A DNA stretch of 64,000 nucleotides from Selaginella moellendorffii. Taxonomy: Eukaryota; Plantae; Lycopodiophyta. This document shows positions 38,081 through 49,976 of this stretch, one piece after another. A program made the position numbers and the translations under genes. The notes below the pieces were generated by a model. That model was given only the letters and a program-made list of their open reading frames with translations, did not search any database and was not told the DNA's origin. The stretch lies in contig NW_003314321.1 in assembly GCF_000143415.4 (NCBI RefSeq), positions 444,236 through 508,235 of the forward strand, given 5' to 3'. Numbering within the stretch: position 1 is the stretch's first letter; every line of letters begins with the position of its first letter.

Positions 38081-39913
38081 ATGGCGGCGGCGTCTTTACT
38101 CGATCGAGAGAGAAGCGACAGCAGCGATTTCGCGTCGCCACTGGCACTCAAGCTCCAGCAGGTATGGCTCCAATCTCAGCTCCGCAAGAAACCTAGCTTG
38201 GATTCTTCAGCGTCGAGCAGCGGTTCGTCGGAGAATCCACCGGAATCGCAGGGATTCGACGCCGGCACTCCAAATGGGGGCGAGATCGACGAGGATCTAT
38301 GCAGCATTCTCAATCTTCTCATGGACGACAGTGATCAGCGCGAAGATCGAAGCATTACTCCAGAGCAAGGTCATGGCGTTGACAAAAGCAGCGATTTGGA
38401 GGTACTGGAGCACGAGCTCATGGAGTTGATCGGCTTGGAGGAGCCGGATCCTGGCGAGCAGGATTCTTCGCAGCTGCTTCCAGAGGAAGAACCAGATCTC
38501 TCCAGCAGTGACTTTGGTGGTTTCGCAACGATGAGATGCTCGCTCTCCACGAACGTCCTCGACAATCCAGAGTGCGATGTAACTTTCGACGCTAGTGAGG
38601 ACGAAGACTCAAGCATGGTGATCCAGCCAGAGGTCGCATGGATGATCGACAGCCCGGTGGGACTCCAGTGGCCAAAGCCATCGCCAAAATACCAGCACGA
38701 AGAAGACCTCCAGCAGCAGCCACCATCTCTACTCGCCACTGGCAAAGGAACTTACTACCAAGTCTTGGAGAGTGTGGGACTGCCAAGCTTGGATCTTGTC
38801 GAGCAGCTCGTCGAGTGTGCTCGAGCGGTCTCTTCCCATGACGTGATGCGAGCCAACCTCTTGGTGGAGGAGATCCGGAGCAAAGTGTCGCCACTTGGAA
38901 CCTCCACGCAGCGGATCGTCTACTACTTCGTCGAGGCTTTGGTGGCGAGGGTGTCCGCCACAGGGAATGGCCTCTTCACGGCAATGTGTCACGCGAGGCC
39001 AACCGCGGGAGCGATGCTCAAGTCGGTCGAGTACATCATGGAACGAAGCCCGTTCTTGTCCGTGAGATACTTCTTCCCGAATCAAGTCATCCTCAACGCG
39101 TGTAGAGGTCACCAGCGGATTCACATTGTCGACTATGGTGCCTGTTTCGGGTTCCAGTGGCCGGCTCTGATGCAAGAACTGGCGAATACTCCGGGTGGTC
39201 CTCCGTATCTGCGCATCACCGGCATCGATTCTCCATTACCAGGGGGTGGCAGCGCCAGCGACGTGGGGTGCATGCTCCGGGAGTATGCGCAGTCGATCGG
39301 GCTGCCTTTCAAGTTCCGGGCCGTGTCGAAGAAGTGGGAGAACATCGACGCTGCGACGCTGCTCCTGAGTGACGATGAAGTTCTAGCCGTCAACTGTATG
39401 TTCCGGCAGACCAACTTGCTTGACGAATCCGTTCTCGCCGAGAGCCCGAGGAAAGTGTGGCTCAACCGGGTGCGGAGCTTGAATCCCAGAGTGTTCGTCC
39501 AGGGGATGAACAACGCGAGCTACAACGTCCCCTTCTTCATGACGCGGTTCCTCGAGGCGCTGACACATTTTGCGCTGCTCTTCGACGCCATCGATTGCTG
39601 CTCGCAGCCGGAGAGCAAGGAGCGGCACTTGCTGGAGCAGGAGAAGTACGGGCGGGAGATCGTCAACATCGTGGCATGCGAGGGATTAGAGCGAGTGGAG
39701 CGAGCAGAGACTTACAAGCAGTGGCACTCGAGGACGCAGCGAGCCAAGTTTGAGCTGCTCGACATAAGCGACCAGGTGTTCCATGACACGGAATCGCTCA
39801 TGGGTATGTATCACCAAAGCTTTGAGCTTCACAGGGACCAGGGGTGGCTGCTACTGGGATGGAAAGGCCAGATCCTCCATGCCTTCTCGGGATGGAGACC
39901 AAGCTCCAGCTAA
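38081..39913 (+). CDS. GRAS transcription factor, LISCL/SCL14-like
   Basis: LVECARAV, QRIVYYFVEAL, IHIVDYG (VHIID), LRITGID, PFFMTRFLEAL, ERVERAETYKQW, LLGWKG and SGW. Confidence 0.93.
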   Translation: MAAASLLDRERSDSSDFASPLALKLQQVWLQSQLRKKPSLDSSASSSGSSENPPESQGFDAGTPNGGEIDEDLCSILNLLMDDSDQREDRSITPEQGHGVDKSSDLEVLEHELMELIGLEEPDPGEQDSSQLLPEEEPDLSSSDFGGFATMRCSLSTNVLDNPECDVTFDASEDEDSSMVIQPEVAWMIDSPVGLQWPKPSPKYQHEEDLQQQPPSLLATGKGTYYQVLESVGLPSLDLVEQLVECARAVSSHDVMRANLLVEEIRSKVSPLGTSTQRIVYYFVEALVARVSATGNGLFTAMCHARPTAGAMLKSVEYIMERSPFLSVRYFFPNQVILNACRGHQRIHIVDYGACFGFQWPALMQELANTPGGPPYLRITGIDSPLPGGGSASDVGCMLREYAQSIGLPFKFRAVSKKWENIDAATLLLSDDEVLAVNCMFRQTNLLDESVLAESPRKVWLNRVRSLNPRVFVQGMNNASYNVPFFMTRFLEALTHFALLFDAIDCCSQPESKERHLLEQEKYGREIVNIVACEGLERVERAETYKQWHSRTQRAKFELLDISDQVFHDTESLMGMYHQSFELHRDQGWLLLGWKGQILHAFSGWRPSSS

Positions 39914-40379
39914 TGGGTGGTAGTGAGAGGTCCGGGAGTTTGCTCCATTCGGGAATATGTTCTAGATTATCAAGGTAAACTGTTGATCAAAGCTAAGGTG
40001 CTTGTCCACGGAACTTTCGTTATCACAAAGGCAAAATGTAGCCTGATTGACTTACAAGAAAATAATAAAGTGAAAAAGATGGTGCCTACTTATACCTATA
40101 AAAATCAATAAAAATGTCATTCATGATGCTTTTATGATAGTTAATGCCAATTTTATGCTTTTTTATTTTCTTCATCCATACCAAAAATATCAATAGCAAT
40201 TACAAACAAGACTAATATGATAGAAAACATCCTCAAGAATTATATGATTGTTGGATTATATATTCAATCTTTATTTCTGAAGAGAGCTATAACACTTTTT
40301 CTATTATGGACAGTGAAGTTTTCTCCTAATAAACAATATGAGTTATTATTACTCATTTACTAATTATATATCCATGGAA

Positions 40380-41070
40380 GAACATGTTATGAACTTACAG
40401 AAATAATGAGACAAACGGATGATAAGAAATTCATAAAATACTAAATAGAATAAGAACATCTGAACAAAATGAAGAAAATATAGAGATAATTAATAAAAAA
40501 ATAACAACAAATTGTACTTTATCAAGTAAAGCAACATAATGATAAAGTAAAACAAAATGTTCCAGGAACCTTAATAATAACAAAAATAAATAAAGATTGA
40601 GATACTCCAAATATAAAAACACAAGATGGCTTAGTATGAAATATAAATATATCTCAAAATAAAGAAATATTATGGATAAAATTTGAAAATGATATAGAAG
40701 GAAAACAATTATGTTCAAAAAATTCCAAATAATATAATTCAAATCATGTTTAAATGAATACAAATAAAAAATTAAATAATTATATTATCAAGAACACAAT
40801 TTCTATACAACCAGCAGCAGCAAGAACAATACATAAAATAAAATGCTTTAATCTGCAATATTAGTACTATGATAGATTTATCCAACTAGGAACTAAAATT
40901 CATTATTGTGCATATACAGCTTCAACTGTGATACAAACATTATGAAAAACCTCAGCAATATTACATATGAGAGATATAGAACACAATCAAAATATAATAA
41001 AAAAAATTTAAACATAAAAAACTATAAATGTATAATACACATAACAACACAAAATATAGAAACACTAATA
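40380..41070 (+). mobile_element. Decayed PIF1-family helicase remnant (Helitron/Helentron-like)
   Basis: Collinear fragments YELTEIMRQTDDKKFI..LNRIR, NIKTQDGLV and RTQF.IQPAAARTIHK in extremely A-rich DNA. Confidence 0.7.
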
Positions 41071-41220
41071 TTGCCCAGCAAATGCTGGATGAGCACCAAA
41101 ATCAATAATTTTATACAACTTTTTTCTTCTGATTTATATATATATATACACACACACACACACAATACTATACAACATAGACTATATATTTAAAACACTA
41201 TTATATTCCCAAAGTGAAAA

Positions 41221-41585
41221 GAAGAATTACTAAGTAAATATTATTGATAAAGATATTATATGCAGTATTACTTGGGAATATGATTATATTTAGAGTATTA
41301 AGATTATAAAAAACTTAATACTTAACCCAGAAAAAATTAAAACAAAAATTGCTAAAAATAATATCTTATAAATTTAAGAATAAATATATTTAGTACACTT
41401 CCATACAAAAAACAATAAAAGAAGAATTACTAAAAATAAATTTTATTAATTAGATGTTACATGTAAAGTATATTTTTACTTGAAATATGCACAAATTTAG
41501 AATCCTAAAATATTAAAAAAAACTAATATATTACTACCCAGACTTATAGAAATGTAAAGAAAAATTACTAGGAATAATTATCATT
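41221..41585. repeat. Diverged direct duplication of about 200 bp in AT-rich DNA
   Basis: Units start GAAGAATTACTAA at 41221 and 41421 and stay collinear through ...TTTAGA...ACCCAG. Confidence 0.6.
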
Positions 41586-42379
41586 AATTAGGGAAGAGCC
41601 CGTGACAGATGCCACGTGTCACATGCCACGTGTCAATAGGAACCCGAGGTTCAGGGCCTTGGGCCACTAAACAAAGGAACAGTGCCAAACTCCCAAGCAC
41701 GAAGCCAAGGAGTGATGGAACCGAACCACGAAACAACTCTCGAGCATAAAGCCCAAGGAGCGAAGGGACAAGAGCCCGGAGTGACTTGGAACAGTCCTGG
41801 AGCAACCAACATCCCAATGCCAGAACCAGCACGCAAAACGGAGCCAAACGGAGTCTGGCACTATTTCGGCATACCAGTGGCCTAACGTGAGGATATGGGT
41901 ACTCCACCAGCTAGCATGGAATGGAACTTGGGCTTAGACCCAAACTGGACGCAGAACAAGGACAAACACGCAAGCGGGAGCTAGACTATACTTCAAGTTG
42001 GTCGGCCATGCCCGACCTACCCACTATCCCTACTATACATTTAGAACCCCCCATAGCCCCCCCCCTTGAGGAACACACACTTCCCCAAGCCTCCCTTAGT
42101 ATCAGGAGTTAGTCTCTGGGACAAGCTCGAAACTTACTAAATATGGAATGTCCCTAGATTGCGAATTTGGACATGGGACGAACACCATTGTGTTCAAGAC
42201 GATCTCTACATTCCGTAGATATGCCAAATGAGCAAATCTGGACACTTTCCATAAATAGCATTTAGGACCGAAATGAGACTAACACAAAGGGCATGATAGC
42301 GAGAGTGTTTAGTAGACACGGTAAGCTATCATCTAGCGATATTGAGGGACCAAGCTCAATATCGCGGGGGTTCCTAACA
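41586..42379 (+). mobile_element. Probable solo LTR (about 790 bp)
   Basis: Abrupt GC-rich island in AT-rich DNA. Ends ..TTAGGGAA / TTCCTAACA form an imperfect terminal inverted repeat. Contains a TATA-like CTATACAT followed by a C-tract and has no credible ORF. Confidence 0.55.
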
Positions 42380-42828
42380 CTAGCAAGTGCAAGTTAACAT
42401 CATGAGTTTCTCATCATCGTGTCAAGTCTGTTTGACTAAATGACAATTTAGGATTTCCTTCCTTAGTGCCCTTCCGGTCTAAGTGCACATGTGATGACCA
42501 GTTTCTCAACTAGCTTAGGCGGAGACTAATAACGGGTCCAGCAATACTGACCTCCTGCCATCATGGTAGTAAGGTAAGAGTGTCTGTAAGGACTAGCCGA
42601 CAGGTAACTTTCGATACCTGAAGTCACATTCGCGACAATTATTTGGAAGAAGAATCTCTTGTTTAGTCACACTTGAGGCTATAAAAGGAAGAGCCTCACA
42701 ACAATTATTATATGAAGGGTGGAATATTGGTAGAAGTTGGAAATGGAGGTGAAGACTCATATAAAATGTATAGGGGCCAAGTGCGAGAAGCAATAAAATT
42801 CTCTTTAGCCATTCCTACACTCTAAACA
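42380..42828 (+). mobile_element. Second LTR-like fragment
   Basis: GGCTATAAAAGG TATA box, an AATAAA signal and an ...AACA end before the return to AT-rich DNA. Confidence 0.35.
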
Positions 42829-43961
42829 AATTGAATTTTCAATGTTGAAAGAATCCTTTATCAGTATTTATATTAAAAAAATATTTAGGGGTTCTTGAAA
42901 GTTTAGATTGTCAGTCTAAAAAATGAGACTTCAGAATTATAATAGTGTTAGAACCACTTGTATATATAATAATATCTTTATACATTGCTAAAATACTATC
43001 ATTCTTGAAAATATAGGATTCTCCACTTTATTTATAATAAACTAAACTTTTGAAGAAATTCTTTATGACTTTCACATTACATTAAAGAGTGGCCTAAATA
43101 TCCCATATTCAACACTTACTAATGCAATATTCACCAATGGAATATTATTGAAACATAATAGTTGTGTGTCTTTAATTCTATGCATGCACACCTTCTAAAC
43201 CCGCTCTTGGGCATTTGCGGTAGTGTTCAAGAAAATTTACCAAACCCATGCAACTATGTATCTTGTTCAAAGAAAAATAGTATATAAGATACAAAAGATA
43301 ATATGTATCTACATCAAGATTTCCTGCCATATTTAAAGCAAGATCTTGAAGAAAATATTAACATCACTCTTGGAGTATTGGAGGCAGTCCAACTCTTTTA
43401 ACAACATCATAAAAAGGGAACTCTTATTCAATTACACTCGAGATCACAAATGAAAGAGCTTCAGAACACCCCTCAAAATGAAGAGGAGGATTATTATGTA
43501 AAGGTTTAGGTGGATTATTGGTTGAGCTTAGAGATGAAGGTGGAGACTTATATGAGAGGTCTCCAAGACCAAAAGTAAACTTCTTCCAGATTATTGCAAT
43601 GCACAAGAAGAATTAAACTTTCCAACAATAAGAATTCTTTGATTAATATACTACATTTCATGACATTTTATTATGACATGGCAATATATTGAATCATAAT
43701 TGTTAGTCTCAATAATTACAACTTACTATTAGAGACAAATGGCTATAGGTTTCTAGAAGTTAAAAACTAACACATAATTAATATGTAATCTTATTTTATA
43801 TAGCTGGTCTGCCATATATAATAATGGCAAATGCACATAAACACACAAACATGCCTTTTTGCAAGATTACCTTTCAATCTCAAAAATATATATAGATTTA
43901 ACTCTTTGATTTATCCAAATCATATATAATACACACTTATATAATATATCAAGAGGAAAAG

Positions 43962-43965
<4 letters not shown>

Positions 43966-44008
<43 letters not shown>
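43966..44008. repeat. (TA)n microsatellite
   Basis: TA run. Confidence 0.95.
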
Positions 44009-44012
<4 letters not shown>

Positions 44013-44713
44013 TTTCTATATAATATTTTAGTGGATTACAAAAGCTATAGAAAGCTTTATGAAGTGGATTTATTAATGCTTTCTACTATGTTGTCCATTT
44101 CTTTTTTTCTCTTACTTGAGATTATTGTTTTGAAAGTAACAAAAGCATTTTTATCAATAGTGACAGTGGTTTCTACATTCTAAAATGAGTAATAAGGACC
44201 AGAAGTGTAATATAAAGATTGTGGTGGTGAAACAACATTAACATTCTCATATTTATATATGCTAGAACTACTCCTAGATTTTTTATCCTCCTTACTTCCT
44301 ATATTTGTAAAACCCTAAAGAATGAATTAGTGAATTAGTGTTCAAATTATTTCTATATTTTTAATCAATTGTTGAAATATATAGAAATTTCAAGTTTGTG
44401 AGAACTTCAATATTCCCATTTTTATTTAGGATAAAAAAGCCCAAAAAATTCTATGAGTTTGGACAACACTTGAACCTCAAAATACTATTAAATAATATCA
44501 ATTATCAAATTCATAAGATGGAATATCTAGAGTTCAGTTATTACCATAATGCTACTCAAGCTATAGACATGATACTTCTTTTTATCATAAATAACGATCA
44601 CAACCGGTGCATCAAGGTCCAGTGGCTATTCAATCTTAAAAAAGATCTGGATAAAAGCTGACAAGGGGCAGCAACTGAAAGAAAGACCACACAAGCAGAA
44701 ACAAAACAGGCCG

Positions 44714-47400
44714 CTAGACACCAATGTCGTATATGCGGTGAGCCAGGAGCTTGGCCATGGAAGATGTTTCTGTCATCTTATTGTGCTTGAGGAAGCGGTC
44801 CTTGAACTCCTTATCATCAATGGGCGTTGCAGCCAGGCTTGCAGCAAGCTTTTTTGGTGACATCCCGCGCTTGCGCATGAAGCCCCGCCCCAATCTCGAC
44901 ATCCTCGCCATGTAACAGCCTCGTCTCCCTGGCTCAAAATCCATTGGCGTCACGTAGTACACCGTCGAACCCGGGTCGCCGAGCATGCCCAAGTAGTTGT
45001 TCGCTTCACGCCGCATCACGAGGGCGTAGAAGGGGGAGGGAGGCTTGCCCTGCAGCTGCCGCACAGGTCGAGCGGACCCCATACGAATTGCCTTGTCTAT
45101 AAACCATGCATGAGCAACTAAAAAGTCAAGAATGCTGAAGGCTCACTCACATGATCCGCTATTCCGAAGAGGTTCGACAGGAAGCTCTGAATAGCTGAGC
45201 CACAGCCGCGCGTCTAACACGGCCATGTAGACGTTCTCCAAGTGTGTAAGGTAAGGGCACACAGTAATAAGAGGAGCAAGCCTTCCGCCGTCATTCAGGT
45301 CTAGCAGGAGCTGCTCCAGCTCCGCTGCACTTACAGTCCCTGTTGTTCTTTTTGTCAGTGTTTTCATCTGGCTGCGAGGGAAACTTACATCGCTCAAGCG
45401 ACTGCAGCGATGAGTCGCAGAGCGGGATTTCATCAAGCAAGAAATCCAGCTTTGAGGACCACGCCCTTGCAGCCTTTGGGAATTGAGTCTTATACCGTGC
45501 ATATGGGTTCCTTTCCTCCAGGTCCTAAAGCAGCAAATTAAACTCTACAGCGATAAAAACAGTGTGTACCTTGGGGTACTCCTTCAGGTTGGAACTGGGC
45601 ACGTATTTCTTCACGTGCCACGCTTGAATTGTCTCGAACAGAGCTCCACCCTCCACAGAGAAGAAGCAACTGTGCCTGAAGGCGGAGATGACCCTCCGCA
45701 ACTCGAGCGTGGCATCCACGGCTTCTCTCAAGCGCGGCGGCACTTTCACACCCTTGAAGAGGCTATCCACATTCGCGTGCTCCTCCATTCCAGATTGACC
45801 AACCCTAAAAGATCCATGTTGTACCATAATATAGAGAATATTCTATAGTGGTCGATGGTTTGTGTGGCCAAGCAAAAGTTTTGATGGATTTCCTTCTTCC
45901 TTTAGATCACGATCTAGATGAAGTTGATAGAAGGTTCCAGGGTCTGAAATGAGGGAGGGCACGAACATCGATGATTCAGGAAGCTGACACTGACGATGGT
46001 GGAGGTGCTTCCAAACTCAAAATGGTCTGTCAAAGCTTTCGAGCGATTGTTAGCTACTGTGTGGCGATCCAGGTGATGGTCGAGTTCTTGACGATAATGT
46101 GTACTCTACTTTTGCAAGGGACTTTGCTTGCAGCGTGCTTGATTCTGTTTGTGCGGAATTTGTACAGCCAGCTGATGGGAAATATCATCCGATCACGCAT
46201 TGGATCTGCCTCGCATGAGAAAACTTTGGAGAGAGGTGTCACTCTTCTTAGTTGTCAGAGATTGCAGGCAGTCTGTCAATCAGTGGAAGCGATGATGCAG
46301 TGGCTGCTGCTCATGTGGTAATCGCAAAAGCTCGTCTTTAAGTGTTTCTTTCCGCAGCCTGCAGTGGCAAAGAGCTTTCCCCTGGATTTTTTTTTTCCTT
46401 GTTTTCTTCTCCTCATAGATTTTGCAGGCAGGAAAATAAACCTTATTAGTCGTTTCCAATAATCATTGAATCTGAAAGTTTGAACGTTCATGCAACTATA
46501 GATTGCTGTCCTTTGCAAGCCCGGGCAAATCAATAAGATTCTGTTGGTAGAAAAGTTTGGTTTTTGTTCTCCAGAGTCTTGTTTAAATGAAAGACGTTAG
46601 ACAATAAAGAGGAATGAGAGGACCAGCGTTCATCGTCTCAGCTCTTTTGTCAAGCTCTTCTTGTCTATGCTATGTCTTCTGCCAATCAGTGGCTTGAGCT
46701 GCTGCTTCTCAGCCAGGATCTCGACGAAGAATGGGAAGTTTTCAGTCTTCCACTTCTTAAATTTTCTTCTTCCCATGCTCGGTCTAGCTCCGCCAGTATA
46801 GTTCCCTCCTGTTCTTGATCACGGGACTCCATGCTGTGCTGGGATAGCGCTGCTCACCGCTGCTCGCCCAGACTTACCGGCCCTTCCTTCAGCTCGCCAT
46901 ACCGCCGCCATCACCAAAACTCTTAGTTAGCTGAGGAAGTGATAGATGTCGTCGTCGCAAACTTTTGCTAAGCTGTGCGAATTGCCTCGCTGTCAAACCC
47001 TTGAGCATATCCTTGGCGAACTCTCAACCATCGTAGTTGCTTGGGCCTCCCGGCAAGAGCGCTCGCATCTCCACTTCTACGTCACAAGCCTCTGCGGAAA
47101 ATGCTCTCGAAAACACCTTCCGCTTTGGAAAGAATCTAAAATCAGGCCACTTGGTCGTGGTGTCAGCCGAGAAACTTGCCTGATCATCTTCTCCCTTGGA
47201 AGAGAAGACACTGAAAGCTTTGAGTTCGACGAAAGGATCTTCCTCTCCAAAAACCTTGGGTCTTCCCCTCCAACTCTCGAGGCCTAACTTCCGAGGGCGA
47301 TGAGTTGTGCGTCCAATGTAACTGTTCTGAAAAGATCATCCTGGCAGCACCTAGATATTCTAGCAAGTGAAGATCTCAAAGATGAACCTGTGAGCCAAGC
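44714..47400 (-). pseudogene. Disrupted gene(s) of unrecognised family
   Basis: Coding-like GC content with consecutive minus-strand ORF pieces (45525-45827, 45143-45502, 44714-45082) broken by stops and frameshifts. No motif recognised. Confidence 0.4.
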
Positions 47401-47449
47401 ATGACTCTTGGTATTTGGCGCATATGCTCTTGGTCTACAACTTTAGAGT

Positions 47450-49705
47450 TTGGTGCAGTATCTTGGTCATTTTGTGGATCATCTTTTTGATTGCATTGCA
47501 CCGTTACGAGCGTTGCTGAAGTCATCAACATCATCTTTCATCTGGTCTCTGGATTGTGAGCAAGCATTCGTGAATCTCAAAGAGCTATTGACGACTCCTC
47601 TAATTTTGGCATATCCTAACTACACTCGACCTTTTATTTTGCACGTGGATGCTTCAAATATTGATATTGGAGGTGTGTTGATGCAAGAGAGTCTGAGTGT
47701 GCCTAATCAGCGCTATTCTATTGTGTATATAAGCCGTATATGGCAACCAGCAGAGGTGAACTACTCCACAACAAAGAAGGAGTGTTTAGCAGCAGTTTGG
47801 GGTTTCAAGAAACTTCATGCATATTTACATGGTTCTCAGATGTTACTTGAAGGTGACTATGCTGCTGTTACTTCACTATTGAAACGAAAGAACCTTGTTG
47901 GTCATACTGCTCAGTGGGCTTTAAAGTTTCAAATATATGATTTTGATGTTGTTCATCGCCCAAGGAGTTCTTTGGCTAATGTTGATGCCCTTTCTCGAGC
48001 TCCTCTTTCTTCTCCACTCTCTTCTCATATTTCTAACGAGCCTATTGTTCCAACATCTGTGGATTTTCTAAATGATGTTGTTGGCGGTTGCTGTACTTGA
48101 TGTTTAGTGTCCACAAGGCACAGAGCAAAGTCTACCTTCTCTTGATGAGGTTTGCGAGGCTCAAAAGATTGAGCCTTGGATTCGAAAACTTCAAGATAGG
48201 TTTGAGAATCCTACATCACTTGCTAATGACTTGTTTTTCCGGCATTTACATTCTCAATATTGCCTTAAAAACGGCCTTCTTTATTTTGTGGGGATGGATC
48301 CTGATAATCATTTATGGATGGTGGTGCTATCTATTTTTATTCTGCGGTTTTTCCATGCCTACTATGATTCTCTTATTCTATATGGGCATATGGGACATCG
48401 TCATATGACGGAGAAGTTGAGCAAGTTTTTCTATTGGCCGGAGATGCGACGTGATATTATTCAGTATGTGCGTAGCTGTGTTTGGTGCCAAGCTCGTAAT
48501 ACTACCCTTCATGCCGCGGAAGGACTGTTGGAGTCAATTGTAATTTCCCATCCGTTTGAGTTGGTGGCATTTAATCTTATAAGACCTTTTCCATAGTCGA
48601 CTGCTAGCAATGAGTATGTTATTATTGTTTATGACTACTTGACTCATTGGGTGGAAGTTGGTGCTCTTGCTAGCACCTTTGCAACTGCTGTTGGATACTT
48701 CCTCCTTAATCGAGTGGTGTTCTAGCATTCTTGTCAAGAGCGGATTCTTTCGGATAATAGTCCCGCGTTTATGGTTGAGACATTTCATGTTTTGACATCT
48801 CAATTAGGGATATGCCACACTTTTATGAGTGCTTATTATCCACAATCAGACGGTCTAGTGGAACGACTCGTTCAGATGTTGAAAAAGATGATCGCGAAGT
48901 ATGTGAACTTTCAGCATTCGGATTGGGATGGTTATTTGCCATCTCTTCAGTATGCATATGTCATAAGGGTGCAGAGTTCTATTAGTATTTCACCATATAA
49001 ACTCCTATATGGTCATGATCCAATATTACCAATGGAGCTGGGTTTACCTTTGCAATTGCCACGAGCTGCTAATACTAAGTCGTGGGATTAGTATTTGATG
49101 AGCACTCTTCCACTTGTCTGAGCAGAGTCTACCGAACACTTAAGCCGTGTACAAGTGGGACAACAACAACACTACAACTCCCATCATCGTCCACTTGCAA
49201 AGTACAAAGTGAATGACTTGGTGTTAGTCCATTTTCCCCATCTTACGGTACGTGGTTTATCTAAGGGGCTCCTTGCTCAGTGGAAACGACTGTATCAAGT
49301 ATTGCAGCAAGTGGGACCACAAGTTTATGAGGTTCGGCATGACGTGTAGCAAACAAATCCTCTAGAAATTGTGTATGTGCAACAGTTAAAACATTTCATA
49401 CAAAGGGATCAAGAGCAATTAATACCACCTACAAATCCGCCAATACCTCCTTTTGATGTTCCTCTAGATCTTGGCCCATCTACAAAAAAACCTTAATGGT
49501 CTTTTATTATTTCGAGAGGACGGAATGATGTGAAGGTTAAGTATACAGTTACAATGCCGTATATTAATATTAGTATAGTGGGCTTTTGATAGTCGTCGGA
49601 TTAGTTTTAATCTGGACCATTTGCTCCTATATATAAGCTAGGGTTTTTAGGTTAATTAATGTGCACATTTTCTGTATTCCCTTTCCATATTCCAAAGCAC
49701 TCACA
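47450..49705 (+). mobile_element. 5'-truncated Ty3/gypsy element (copy B, same family as copy A)
   Basis: RNase H (FILHVDAS, NYSTTKKECLAAVWG, NVDALSR), integrase (GHMGH..CVWCQ, YYPQSDGLVER), purine tract GAGAGGACGGAA and LTR 49529-49705 (TGTGA...CACA). Confidence 0.93.
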
Positions 49706-49976
49706 GTATTTAATAAGTTAAGGAATTGTTTTTACATTTAATTCACATTTTTTAATTTTTTTCTTTGGGATATGTTATTATAAAATAAAAAAATTTATAC
49801 TTAAAATTAAGAGAGAAATGGTTTCATAATGAATTGTTTTTGGCATTTTTATTGAAATACTTTTAAAAATACAAAAGAATAACATGAACCACAAAGCAAT
49901 CGCATTGACCTTGAGACGTCGGATTCTTTAAGTCTACCGACGGCTGCGATTGCTTTCCCTTGGAGACGACGATGAA

